A stretch of 64,000 bases of DNA from Candidatus Altiarchaeota archaeon (GTDB taxonomy: Archaea; Altiarchaeota; Altiarchaeia; IMC4; SCGC-AAA252-I15): contig JBDRLL010000003.1 in NCBI GenBank assembly GCA_043813075.1, positions 54,606 to 118,605 of the forward strand. The letters are read 5' to 3'. The position numbers and the translations under genes were made by a program. Shown here in pieces: positions 9,984 to 18,987 of this stretch. The notes beneath the pieces were generated by a model, which was not told the DNA's origin, made no database searches, and saw only the letters and a list, made by a program, of their open reading frames with translations. Position 1 is the first letter of the stretch, and every line of letters starts with the position of its first letter.

Positions 9984-10337
9984 TTAAATATCCTGGCTGG
10001 TGTAAGACGGCTTCATCATCCTGTCTGACTGCTTCTTAAGCCGGTAGAGCGCATTCAACGCGTTGTACGTCTTCCGGGAGAGGAATACTATTACCGTGAA
10101 CGTGACCAGCGACACCAGGAAGAAATGAGTGCTTGCCATGAGATCAGACAATAAGAGTACCAGTATTGTTATGACCAATGCTGTGAAGGCGTCCAAGAGA
10201 CGGGGGTATGCTTCTTTCCTGAATTCCCTCTGGAGGGTCTGGAGGACTATCTTGCGCATCATAGTCATAGATACTCTGATACACGATTTAATAATCAATC
10301 CCCGCGGGCATAAGACGTAATATTTAGGGGTAGTCAA
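9984..10337 (-). CDS. small membrane protein
   Basis: 117 aa with two TM helices. Confidence 0.35.
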   Translation of the reverse strand: MTTPKYYVLCPRGLIIKSCIRVSMTMMRKIVLQTLQREFRKEAYPRLLDAFTALVITILVLLLSDLMASTHFFLVSLVTFTVIVFLSRKTYNALNALYRLKKQSDRMMKPSYTSQDI

Positions 10338-10349
10338 ATATCATTAGAA

Positions 10350-11390
10350 ATGCCCTTAAAACCAGTATTCAGCATCCTGATACCGACTTCCGGAAGGCCG
10401 GAACACCTTAGGGGGTGCGTTGAATCCATTTTCAATGGCGGACACCGGGATTTGGAAGTTCTGGTCCTCGTCAACGAATCCTGCTGGAAGAGCGTGGACT
10501 ACCTTAGGAAGGCTTCCGGGGGTTACACTGGCCTTAAGTATTTTGTGGTTAAGGAGAGGCTGAGCCATGGCGCCGCGAGGAACCGGCTGGTGGACAAGTC
10601 TAGCGGGGATCTGCTGTACTTTATCGACGACGACGTCGTGCAATACGGGAATGCCCTAACCATCCTGGAGGATAAGTTCAGGGAGTATCCATGGGCTGAC
10701 GTCATCGGCGGCCCGAACCTGACTCCAGAATCGTCTAGCAGGCTCCAGAAGTATTTCGGATTCTTCTTTGAATCCTATTTCGGGAGCTCTGGGATGAGGT
10801 ACAGGTATAAGCCGATTGGGTGCGATGTTGAAGCCGATGAGAAGAAGCTGATACTCTGCAACCTGGCGTTCAGGTCGCGAGTCTTCAATGAGATGGGGCT
10901 AAGATTCAATGAGGAGATACCTTCAAACGAGGAGAACATACTCCTGGAGCAGCTCAAGTCAAAGGGGGGTAGGATGCTGTACGTCCCCTCACTTAGGGTC
11001 TACCATCACCGGAGGGATTCGCTCATAGGATTCTGCAGGCAGCTGTTCAAGTACGGGAGGGGTAGGGCCCAGAGTATCGCCCACAATCCGAGAACATTCG
11101 ACCCGGTCTTCATCCTGCCATCAGCATTATTGGCATACATCATTATCTCATTGCCAGCGTCAGGCATCCTCTTCCGAATGCCCTTGGCGGCATACCTCCT
11201 GGCAGACGTTGCCGCTTCACTAATAAAGTCTGTTGGGGAGCGTGACCTGACCGCTGTTCCCGCGCTGATGGTAATCTTCCCGCTGGGACACTTGTCCTAT
11301 GGGATGGGATTCATCTTCCAGTTGGTGAAGACCGCCTTATCGTGGAAAGCAATACATTCAGGAGGGTATGGGGGGCGTCGTCAGAGGTAG
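10350..11390 (+). CDS. family 2 glycosyltransferase with C-terminal TM helices
   Basis: FSILIPTSGRPEHL, LEVLVLVNES and YFIDDDVV (DxD) are typical GT2; hydrophobic C-terminal third. Confidence 0.7.
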   Translation: MPLKPVFSILIPTSGRPEHLRGCVESIFNGGHRDLEVLVLVNESCWKSVDYLRKASGGYTGLKYFVVKERLSHGAARNRLVDKSSGDLLYFIDDDVVQYGNALTILEDKFREYPWADVIGGPNLTPESSSRLQKYFGFFFESYFGSSGMRYRYKPIGCDVEADEKKLILCNLAFRSRVFNEMGLRFNEEIPSNEENILLEQLKSKGGRMLYVPSLRVYHHRRDSLIGFCRQLFKYGRGRAQSIAHNPRTFDPVFILPSALLAYIIISLPASGILFRMPLAAYLLADVAASLIKSVGERDLTAVPALMVIFPLGHLSYGMGFIFQLVKTALSWKAIHSGGYGGRRQR

Positions 11391-12274
11391 CCTGTTAATT
11401 GATCGAAAAGCGTACTGCTGCCTGCGCCAACAAGCTGGACCTTAACCGTAGGGTCCACTGGAAGGGGTTGGGGTATAGAGTCGCTGCCATAGGAGACTTC
11501 AGCGCCAGACTCCCTGCACAAGAGCAGTCCTGCAGCAACGTCATACGTCTTGGGGGTTGCCGCCAGCCCAGCGCCAGCCCTCAAGTCCACAATCAAGTCC
11601 GTCTTCCCTGAAGCGAGGAAGGCCAGTTCGAGTGCAGTCGAGCCATAGCATTTCAGCCATACGTCGTCAACTCCGCTGCCAGTCGCCTCCGCCAGCCTGA
11701 GCATCAAGTCATCGTGTATTCCGTACGCGCCCGCAAAATGACAGCCAATCGAGAGCACCGCATGGGTAAGATCCTTTTTGCCTGAGGCTGTGATTGTCTT
11801 CCCATTAGATCTAGCGGCATCGCCTGCGACAACCGTGTAGTCGTCATCGGTATCTAGGCGGGAGACAACACCTACGGCGACATCTTCCAGCGTCTCAGCT
11901 CCAGGGGGGAACACCGCTATGGAACATGAATATGCTGGAAGCCCGCGCCTCGCATTCCTCGAGCCATCCAACGGGTCTATCAGGTATATCGCCTCGGTGC
12001 CGCCGCCATAATGGAGTATGCCCTGATCCTCAGTCATCACTGTGGCGTTAATCCCATTGTCCTTGAAGAAGCCACCTACCGCCTCCTCCACAGGCACGTC
12101 TATCTCGAACGTCGTGTCGCCCGTCTTGCTGACCGGATGCTGCCGGTCCTCATAGGACCCGACGAGAGGCTCCACCGTCTCCCTGATGATTCCGGACAGT
12201 TCCAGCGAATTCCTCAGGTGATTCCCAACGTCAAAGTCCACTGTAAAAGTATGGTACTGTCTTTTAATCAACAT
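11381..12274 (-). CDS. suhB: inositol monophosphatase / fructose-1,6-bisphosphatase family protein
   Basis: LIDPLDGSRNARRGLP (DPIDGT motif) and a WDxAAG-like region; archaeal IMPase/FBPase family. Confidence 0.75.
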   Translation of the reverse strand: MLIKRQYHTFTVDFDVGNHLRNSLELSGIIRETVEPLVGSYEDRQHPVSKTGDTTFEIDVPVEEAVGGFFKDNGINATVMTEDQGILHYGGGTEAIYLIDPLDGSRNARRGLPAYSCSIAVFPPGAETLEDVAVGVVSRLDTDDDYTVVAGDAARSNGKTITASGKKDLTHAVLSIGCHFAGAYGIHDDLMLRLAEATGSGVDDVWLKCYGSTALELAFLASGKTDLIVDLRAGAGLAATPKTYDVAAGLLLCRESGAEVSYGSDSIPQPLPVDPTVKVQLVGAGSSTLFDQLTGYL

Positions 12275-12953
12275 ACGCTAGGGTGAACCTCCTCCTGAAA
12301 CGCTCAAACACCCTGAGCACATGAATGCTGAACACTGACATGAAGAATGCATTCCCAACCGCCCGCGAAGTGTTAGCCACCATGCCTGCAAGAACCATCG
12401 TCACATAAGACTCGATAGTGTGTGTCGGGATGAACAACAGCCATGAGAACAGGTCTAGGAACATGCCGTACGAGTATGCAGCCAGGATAGAGTACGCCAC
12501 CAGCGACGCGATCCTGAGCCTCCCACCGGCCTTAGGGATAAATGCGGCGAAACCACCGCACAATCCGAGGCCGAGCATCTGGAATGGAGTCCACGGGCCG
12601 TGGCCTATGAAGAAGTTCGACAGCATCATCGTCATCGAGCCGGCGGCGAATCCGGGCGCGAATCCGAAGACGTGTCCGACGAGTATTGTGAGGAAGAATA
12701 CGGGGCTGAATTCCACGCCGTGTATTATCTGCCTCGACAATACAGTGACCGCTACCAGCACGCTAAGCAGGCTTATCATCCTGGAATCATAGTTGCGCTC
12801 CTCAAAGTCCACGTAGAGTATGAGTATCACTAGGATTGTCAGGATTATCGCGTGCAACGCCCAGTTGAATGCTATCCCGTAGGGCTGGGTGAGCAGTGCC
12901 GTCAACGCCAGTAGTAGCGCATACAGTATTACCTTAATCGTTCCTGTCTTCAT
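12264..12953 (-). CDS. ECF transporter substrate-specific (S) component
   Basis: 229 aa, ~6 TM helices; first gene of an S-A1A2-T operon with overlapping stops/starts. Confidence 0.5.
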   Translation of the reverse strand: MKTGTIKVILYALLLALTALLTQPYGIAFNWALHAIILTILVILILYVDFEERNYDSRMISLLSVLVAVTVLSRQIIHGVEFSPVFFLTILVGHVFGFAPGFAAGSMTMMLSNFFIGHGPWTPFQMLGLGLCGGFAAFIPKAGGRLRIASLVAYSILAAYSYGMFLDLFSWLLFIPTHTIESYVTMVLAGMVANTSRAVGNAFFMSVFSIHVLRVFERFRRRFTLAYVD

Positions 12954-14313
12954 GATTCAACCTCCCGTTATCCATCATCAAAACCCTGTCTGCTATTCCA
13001 GCAAGCTTCTCGTCCTGTGTTATGAATATTATCGTCCTACCTTCACCGCGCATCACGTTTATAACATCTACTAGAGTGCGCAGCGACTTCCCGTCTATGC
13101 CCCTGGTAGGCTCGTCGAGAACCAGTATCCGCGGGTTATGGGCGGTGACAGAGGCTATGGCAAGCCTCTGGCGCTGTCCGACGCTGATGTCCCTCGGATA
13201 CGCGTTCTTATGGCCTTCAAGACCGAATCTGCGGAGCACTTCAAGTGCGTCACCGTGCACGCTGAAGTTCCTCATCGTCCCCTCAACCTCCTCTTCGACA
13301 GTCTCATGGAAGAAGGAGTCTGACGGGTTCTGCGGGAGGTAGCCGACTAGGCGAGCAAGCTCTTCAACAGAGGACTCCGACACGTCCATGCCATAGACGA
13401 GAACAGAGCCCTCCTCTGGCTTGAAGAGGCCGTTGAAGTGCTTAACGAGGGTGGTTTTCCCTGAGCCATTTTTCCCCACCAGAGCAACGCACTCCCCTTC
13501 GTTGACTTGCATGCTAACGCCGAACAAAACCTGTTTTCCGCCGTACCATTTCGAGAGGTTTGATGCTGTAATGCAGGGCTTTGTGTTTGATGTCTTTGAC
13601 TTTGGCTTGGGGTATTCAATGGGTTTGACGTCGGCGGGGCGCGTGAATCTCTTCCCATCCAGGTCGAACACGCGATCCACGTATTCTACGACGTCTTCAG
13701 TGCTGTGCTCCACCAGCACTATCGTCATGCCGTATCTCTTATTCAGGTCTGAAATCACCTTAAGGAATCCGCGCCTTGAATCCGGGTCCAACTGCGATGT
13801 AGGCTCGTCCAAGACCAGTATGCTGGGCTTCAAAGCCAGTATGGATGCTAGGACAACCTTCTGCTTCTCACCTCCGGAGAGCTCTGTTGTCTTGCGGCCG
13901 GTTAAATTGCTGATGCCCAGTTGGGATGCGACCTCCGCGACCCGTTCCCTTATCTCTCCCCTGTCGGCACCCTGGTTCTCTAGACCGAACGCTATCTCGT
14001 TCTCCACGTCAACCATCACAAACTGGTTCTCAGGATCCTGGAACACCATGCCAACCTTCCTAGACAACTCTCGTATGCCCGTACTCCTCACGTCCATGCC
14101 GTCAACCATGACCATGCCTTTGAATATGCCGCCACTGTATTTTGGGACAAGCCCGTTTAGCATCCTGCAGAACGTTGATTTACCGCAGCCTGATGAACCG
14201 GAGACGAGAATGAACTCGCTCCTGTATATGCTTAGGCTCAGATTTTCTACCGCAGGCTCGTCCCGCCCAGGATACCAGTAGGACACGTCCCTTAATTCAA
14301 CCACGTTTTCCAT
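12934..14313 (-). CDS. ecfA: ECF transporter fused tandem ATPase (EcfA1-EcfA2)
   Basis: 459 aa with two Walker A (GSSGCGKST; GKNGSGKTT), two LSGGEKQ/ISVGQRQ signatures and two Walker B (LVLDEPT; LVLDEPT). Confidence 0.85.
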   Translation of the reverse strand: MENVVELRDVSYWYPGRDEPAVENLSLSIYRSEFILVSGSSGCGKSTFCRMLNGLVPKYSGGIFKGMVMVDGMDVRSTGIRELSRKVGMVFQDPENQFVMVDVENEIAFGLENQGADRGEIRERVAEVASQLGISNLTGRKTTELSGGEKQKVVLASILALKPSILVLDEPTSQLDPDSRRGFLKVISDLNKRYGMTIVLVEHSTEDVVEYVDRVFDLDGKRFTRPADVKPIEYPKPKSKTSNTKPCITASNLSKWYGGKQVLFGVSMQVNEGECVALVGKNGSGKTTLVKHFNGLFKPEEGSVLVYGMDVSESSVEELARLVGYLPQNPSDSFFHETVEEEVEGTMRNFSVHGDALEVLRRFGLEGHKNAYPRDISVGQRQRLAIASVTAHNPRILVLDEPTRGIDGKSLRTLVDVINVMRGEGRTIIFITQDEKLAGIADRVLMMDNGRLNHEDRND

Positions 14314-15163
14314 TGTAAGTTAAGGCTGGTAGCAGCAATACCGCTGCGGGAATCAATGCGATAACATTGAATGCTGGAAGAGCCATTGATTCGTAGGGCC
14401 AGAAATACATGCTGCCGGAGAATTTAAGGTATACTAGTGTTAGGAGTGATGAGGCATATGCCAGTGATATCATCCGGTCTGCGTTAGTCCAGCGCAGGGT
14501 CCTGTACCTGCTCCTCCTGCCGGAGTATGCTCTCGCAGCCATGGACTCTGATAGGTTGAAGCCTCGCTCTAGGGATGTGACTAGCGTCGGCAAAAGCAGG
14601 CTTATGTTGTTACTGAGCCGCTCGGACAAACTGCCGTCGTCGAACTTGAACCCCCTTGACTTCTGCGCGTCACGTATGGAAGTGAAGTCCTGGGTCACTG
14701 TGGGTATGAAGCGCAACGCTATCAACCCGGTCATCGAGATGGAGGTTATGCAAGAGGGTATTATGTTGACCAGTGAGTCGGGCGTCGTCTGGGAGTTGAA
14801 GACCTGGAATGCCACCAGCATGTCGACAAGCAGTAATGCCATTATAGCCCCCATGCCGACCGACTCCAGCGTGACCGGGCCGGATAGGAATAGCAGCGGG
14901 ATGTTTAGTCCAAACATGGGGATGTGCCGTGGAATCCTGTACAATACTGTGTTGCCGGAGTGCACTAGGAATATGTTCACTAGTAGTGGCATTATTGACA
15001 CGAGCAGTCCTATCTTCATGTAGGTCTTAACCGGTTGTTTCCTCACGACAGCCACCGTTGACAGTGCTATGAGCAGCAGAATCAGGTATGCTGGGTTGTA
15101 TGTGAGCATGCTGTAGGCGAAGGCGAGGGCCAGCCAGAGCAGCCATGTGACCGTGTTTGGCAT
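14297..15163 (-). CDS. ecfT: ECF transporter transmembrane (T) component, CbiQ family
   Basis: 288 aa polytopic membrane protein directly downstream of ecfA; ARAYSG/ERGF-like coupling-helix region. Confidence 0.7.
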   Translation of the reverse strand: MPNTVTWLLWLALAFAYSMLTYNPAYLILLLIALSTVAVVRKQPVKTYMKIGLLVSIMPLLVNIFLVHSGNTVLYRIPRHIPMFGLNIPLLFLSGPVTLESVGMGAIMALLLVDMLVAFQVFNSQTTPDSLVNIIPSCITSISMTGLIALRFIPTVTQDFTSIRDAQKSRGFKFDDGSLSERLSNNISLLLPTLVTSLERGFNLSESMAARAYSGRRSRYRTLRWTNADRMISLAYASSLLTLVYLKFSGSMYFWPYESMALPAFNVIALIPAAVLLLPALTYNGKRG

Positions 15164-15230
15164 CGTGATTTATATATGATGGCGCCCTAAGAATAAAAGC
15201 TTGGATAAATTATCCAAGTGAGGTTTTGGA

Positions 15231-16208
15231 ATGGATGAAAACAGGATATTGACGATAACTGCCGTAATACTGCTGAATTTAGCGGTATTTGCCTCGGCAG
15301 CCCGCGTTGGTATTGTAGTGGATGATGGTGTGGGGGGAGTGGAAACGAAGTGCAGGGATTTCGATGAAGGAGCCACCGCCTATGACGTAATATCAGGTGC
15401 TGGTGGATTTGAGATCGAGGACTTTGGATGGGGTTATGGAGTGTGCTCGATAAACGGGCACGGATGCCCGGTCGGGAACTGCTTCTGCGACCCGGCATGG
15501 GACTTCTGGAACTTCCTGTCCAACAAAGGCAGCTGGAGCATGACTTCGGTCGGAGTCGGCGACCACCGGGTAGAGGACGGGGAGATCATAGGATTCAAGT
15601 GGGGGCAGTGGGGTGACAAGCCGGATGCGATAACGTTCGAGGAGGTGTGCCCGCCCATAAAGAAGGGGAGGACCATCATCCCCAACATAATAGGTTTCGC
15701 TGTGTTGGGCGAAGCCGTGGCAGACAAGCCGGTGGTAGTCAATATCACAGACAATCGTACTGGAGAACCAGTGAAGAACGCTAAGATCGAATTGTTCAGG
15801 GAAGGTGCAGGATGGATTGGAAGGCTCCTGCATGTGGAGGCGGACGAGAACGGGATTGCTAGGATAAACATTCCGGACGAAGGAGAGTACGGAGTCAGGA
15901 TAACGAGGTACGACTACCACCACAAGTACGACAGCATCGAAGTCAAGGAGACGACGACAACGACGACCAGCAGCACCACGACGACGATAGTGACGACGAC
16001 CACAACCACCACCAGCACCCTGAAACACTTCATAACAGGGGGGAGAGAGCATACGACGACAACAGTCAAGCCGACAACGACAATTAGGAAAAGCCCCGCC
16101 ATACTGGGTAATGCCATGGCACCGCCGACGACAAGACCAAGGCCGGTGAATAGTCAGGACAATGATGAAGGACTGATCGATAGCATAATCGGATGGCTGT
16201 TCGGGTAA
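15231..16208 (+). CDS. secreted DUF4430-like (transcobalamin/intrinsic-factor beta-like) protein with Thr/Ser-rich stalk and C-terminal anchor
   Basis: Signal peptide; W.F.SN....W...VGVGDH.VEDGEIIGFKWG fits the DUF4430 pattern seen in cobalamin-binding proteins next to ECF transporters; TTTTTTSSTTTT linker. Confidence 0.45.
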   Translation: MDENRILTITAVILLNLAVFASAARVGIVVDDGVGGVETKCRDFDEGATAYDVISGAGGFEIEDFGWGYGVCSINGHGCPVGNCFCDPAWDFWNFLSNKGSWSMTSVGVGDHRVEDGEIIGFKWGQWGDKPDAITFEEVCPPIKKGRTIIPNIIGFAVLGEAVADKPVVVNITDNRTGEPVKNAKIELFREGAGWIGRLLHVEADENGIARINIPDEGEYGVRITRYDYHHKYDSIEVKETTTTTTSSTTTTIVTTTTTTTSTLKHFITGGREHTTTTVKPTTTIRKSPAILGNAMAPPTTRPRPVNSQDNDEGLIDSIIGWLFG

Positions 16209-16231
16209 ACCCAGGACAACCACCGCATGAT

Positions 16232-16777
16232 TCACTTCAGGCTATGCGGGTCCTTAACGCTGTCCCTCCTTGCCCTGCCGGCGAGGATCATCTCGTTCTT
16301 CCTGGCAGTCAGCGTGTTCTCGAATTCCCCGACGAGGGGGTAGGGAGGATCCTTGAAGCTGACGTCACCCCCGTAGATAACAGTGTACGAGCCAGGGGGA
16401 ATAGACTTAAGACGGACGTGAGCATGTATATTACCGCTTGAGCCGGTGTCAGACCTCAAAACCTGCATGCCATAGCTGCTGCCGCCATACTCTTCAAGCA
16501 ACGCAAGCCTCGTGGAGACAACGAGCACAGCCCTCTCGCCGTCAGGCACCGGGAACTTCGGCCACGCCCTCGGGTCTCCGGAAGTGAAATCCATGTTGCC
16601 GAGGGCAGATACGATTGAGCCATCACCCATAGTGGCCCTCCTCAAATCACCGCGGGTAGTACCCCTCAGCAAGACCTCGGGGAGGATGTGGCCGTCAACC
16701 TCAACAGGCTCCTGACGTATCGACTGTATTATGTCGTCGGCCTTAACGTGAGGCACATTACTCTTCTCACCTAGCAT
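16232..16777 (-). CDS. metallophosphoesterase (YfcE/MJ0936-like)
   Basis: LVVSTRL..GNMDF (GNHD-like) and GNIHAHV motifs of calcineurin-like phosphoesterases. Confidence 0.5.
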   Translation of the reverse strand: MLGEKSNVPHVKADDIIQSIRQEPVEVDGHILPEVLLRGTTRGDLRRATMGDGSIVSALGNMDFTSGDPRAWPKFPVPDGERAVLVVSTRLALLEEYGGSSYGMQVLRSDTGSSGNIHAHVRLKSIPPGSYTVIYGGDVSFKDPPYPLVGEFENTLTARKNEMILAGRARRDSVKDPHSLK

Positions 16778-16829
16778 ATTGTATTATGGGCATCCAAGAT
16801 TTTTATGCTCGTAACTGGATTATCTTGAC

Positions 16830-18158
16830 ATGAAAGTCGTGGTGGTCGGAAACGGAGCCAGGGAACACGCTATTGCCGCTGCATTAAAGAGGAGTCAGAG
16901 CGAGCCTGAACTACACGCATTCATGAGCGCCCTGAACCCGGGGATAAGGAGGATAGTAAAGGACTATAAGGTAGGGGATCCGAACAACCCAGGGCAAGTG
17001 CTCGAATACTGCATGGAAAAAAAGGTTGAGATGGCGGTCGTCGGGCCTGAAGCCCCCCTGGCCGCAGGCCTAGTCGACGTCCTCGAGGAGGCGGAGATAC
17101 TATGTGTGGGCCCTCGAAAGAAGCCCGCGCAGTTGGAGACTGATAAGAGCTTCGCGAGAAGCCTTATGAAGGCCTACAAGGTTAAGGGGACTCCTGAATT
17201 TGGGGTTTTCGACGACTGCGAGGAAGCGTGCATGTTCATCGACGACTTTGGGGGGGACGTCGCCATAAAACCCGCGGGACTTACAGGAGGCAAAGGAGTC
17301 AAGATTATGGGGGAACACCTGGATGCTGAGGGCGCAAAGAAGTACGTTAAGGAAATCTTCGACTCCAGCATGGGTAAGATACCTAAAGTAGTGCTGGAGG
17401 AGAGGCTTATTGGGGAAGAGTTCACGCTGCAAGGATTCGTTGACGGCCGTAATGTTGTGGGAACACCCATGGTACAGGACCACAAGAGGGCTTATGAAGG
17501 CGATGTGGGGCCTAACACTGGGGGCATGGGCTCTTACAGTGACGCGGGATACATACTGCCGTTCCTCACAGAGGAGGATTATGATGAGGGACTGGATATA
17601 ATGAGGCAGGCAGTGCATGCGGTGTATAAGGAGACTGGGGAGAAGTATGTGGGGTTCCTGTACGGGCAGTTCATGGCGACAGCCGACGGCCTGAAGGTTA
17701 TTGAATTCAACGCCAGGCTAGGGGATCCGGAGGCGATGAACATACTCACCATACTCGAGTCCGACTTCCAGGACATATGCGATAGGATAACCGGGGAGAT
17801 GATTAAAGACGACCTGTCCTTCCGGAAGAAGGCCACAGTCTGCAAGTACCTCGTGCCAGAGGGATATCCTGACAGGCCCAAGGACAATGTGGAGGTGCTC
17901 ATACACGAGGACGAGATAATGGGGAAGGGAGGCACACCCTACTACGCTTCGGTTAGAGAGGAGGGGGGGAGCATATTCACGTCAAAGTCCCGTGCGATAG
18001 CGATAGTTGGTACGGCGGACTCCATAACGGAGGCGGAGCAGGTTGCGGAAGGATGCATGACCTACATACAGGGAGACCTCTTCCACAGGAAGGACATCGG
18101 CACAAGACCGCTGGTATTCAAGAGGATAGAGCATATGAAGAAGATTAGGGGGGAGTGA
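16830..18158 (+). CDS. purD: phosphoribosylamine--glycine ligase
   Basis: 442 aa; MKVVVVGNGAREHAIA, ATP-grasp (VAIKPAGLTGGKGV), FNARLGDPE motifs. Confidence 0.9.
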   Translation: MKVVVVGNGAREHAIAAALKRSQSEPELHAFMSALNPGIRRIVKDYKVGDPNNPGQVLEYCMEKKVEMAVVGPEAPLAAGLVDVLEEAEILCVGPRKKPAQLETDKSFARSLMKAYKVKGTPEFGVFDDCEEACMFIDDFGGDVAIKPAGLTGGKGVKIMGEHLDAEGAKKYVKEIFDSSMGKIPKVVLEERLIGEEFTLQGFVDGRNVVGTPMVQDHKRAYEGDVGPNTGGMGSYSDAGYILPFLTEEDYDEGLDIMRQAVHAVYKETGEKYVGFLYGQFMATADGLKVIEFNARLGDPEAMNILTILESDFQDICDRITGEMIKDDLSFRKKATVCKYLVPEGYPDRPKDNVEVLIHEDEIMGKGGTPYYASVREEGGSIFTSKSRAIAIVGTADSITEAEQVAEGCMTYIQGDLFHRKDIGTRPLVFKRIEHMKKIRGE

Positions 18159-18625
18159 TGAGAACACTTGTCGCATACTACTCTAGAGGGGGGAACACGC
18201 GCCTTGTGGCGCAGGAGATAATCAGCATAACCGGAGGAGACGTTGAGGAGCTGGGGGACGAGAAGAAGCGGAAGGGAGGCTTAGGGTGGATTACAGGGGC
18301 CAGGGATGCCTTAATGGGCAGGGAAACCAGGCTGAAACCCTTGAGGAACAATCCTTCAGACTATGACATGATTTACATAGGCTCGCCAACATGGGCGGGT
18401 AGGATGACGCCGGCAGTCAGAACATTCATAAAACAAAACGACCTTACAGGCAAGCGGATCGCATTGTTCGGAAACGCTGGAAACCAGGAGGGGAAGGCCA
18501 CCAACGACATGAGCAAGAACCTGGGCAACGCAGAAGTCTTAGGCGAGATTACGGTGCTGGACAGTCAGATGAAGTCAGGCTCATACAAGAGGATGATTAA
18601 AGAGTGGGTTAAGTCACTGATTTAG
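18155..18625 (+). CDS. flavodoxin-like protein
   Basis: MRTLVAYYSRGGNTRLVAQEI and IYIGSPTWAG are flavodoxin motifs; start overlaps purD stop. Confidence 0.7.
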   Translation: MMRTLVAYYSRGGNTRLVAQEIISITGGDVEELGDEKKRKGGLGWITGARDALMGRETRLKPLRNNPSDYDMIYIGSPTWAGRMTPAVRTFIKQNDLTGKRIALFGNAGNQEGKATNDMSKNLGNAEVLGEITVLDSQMKSGSYKRMIKEWVKSLI

Positions 18626-18626
18626 A

Positions 18627-18920
18627 ATGCCTGCCAAGAGATTCAGCAACCAGACGCCGGAACAGATATTAAGACACCTGACACGCCTACTGAAGGACAA
18701 CTACAATTACAACCTATACGTCGACCCCCTTGAAGTCGGCTTCATGATAAGCGAAAGCACTTCAGGAACGAAGAAACAGGACCGAAAGCGGCCGAAAGAC
18801 TGGGACAGCCTATCAAAGAAACAGAAGAGGAGGAAGGCTGCGATAAAACCGAGGGCAAGCAGCAAGATAAGAGGCAGGAAACAGGGCAGGACAGTGAACC
18901 TGAAGGGAGTCTCGTACTAG
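18627..18920 (+). CDS. small basic protein, unknown
   Basis: 97 aa, Lys/Arg-rich C-terminus; weak. Confidence 0.25.
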   Translation: MPAKRFSNQTPEQILRHLTRLLKDNYNYNLYVDPLEVGFMISESTSGTKKQDRKRPKDWDSLSKKQKRRKAAIKPRASSKIRGRKQGRTVNLKGVSY

Positions 18921-18987
18921 CCCACACCAATGATATGCGGTATCTTGTTTTAATTAAGCTTTCGTAGATGTTTTACTAGTCTTAGAC

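Noticed and set aside
15393-16235. 280-aa minus-strand ORF and 15914-16117 poly-Val ORF
   Set aside because: Antisense of the secreted DUF4430-like/Thr-stalk gene; poly-Val is the reverse reading of the ACG/ACC Thr repeats.
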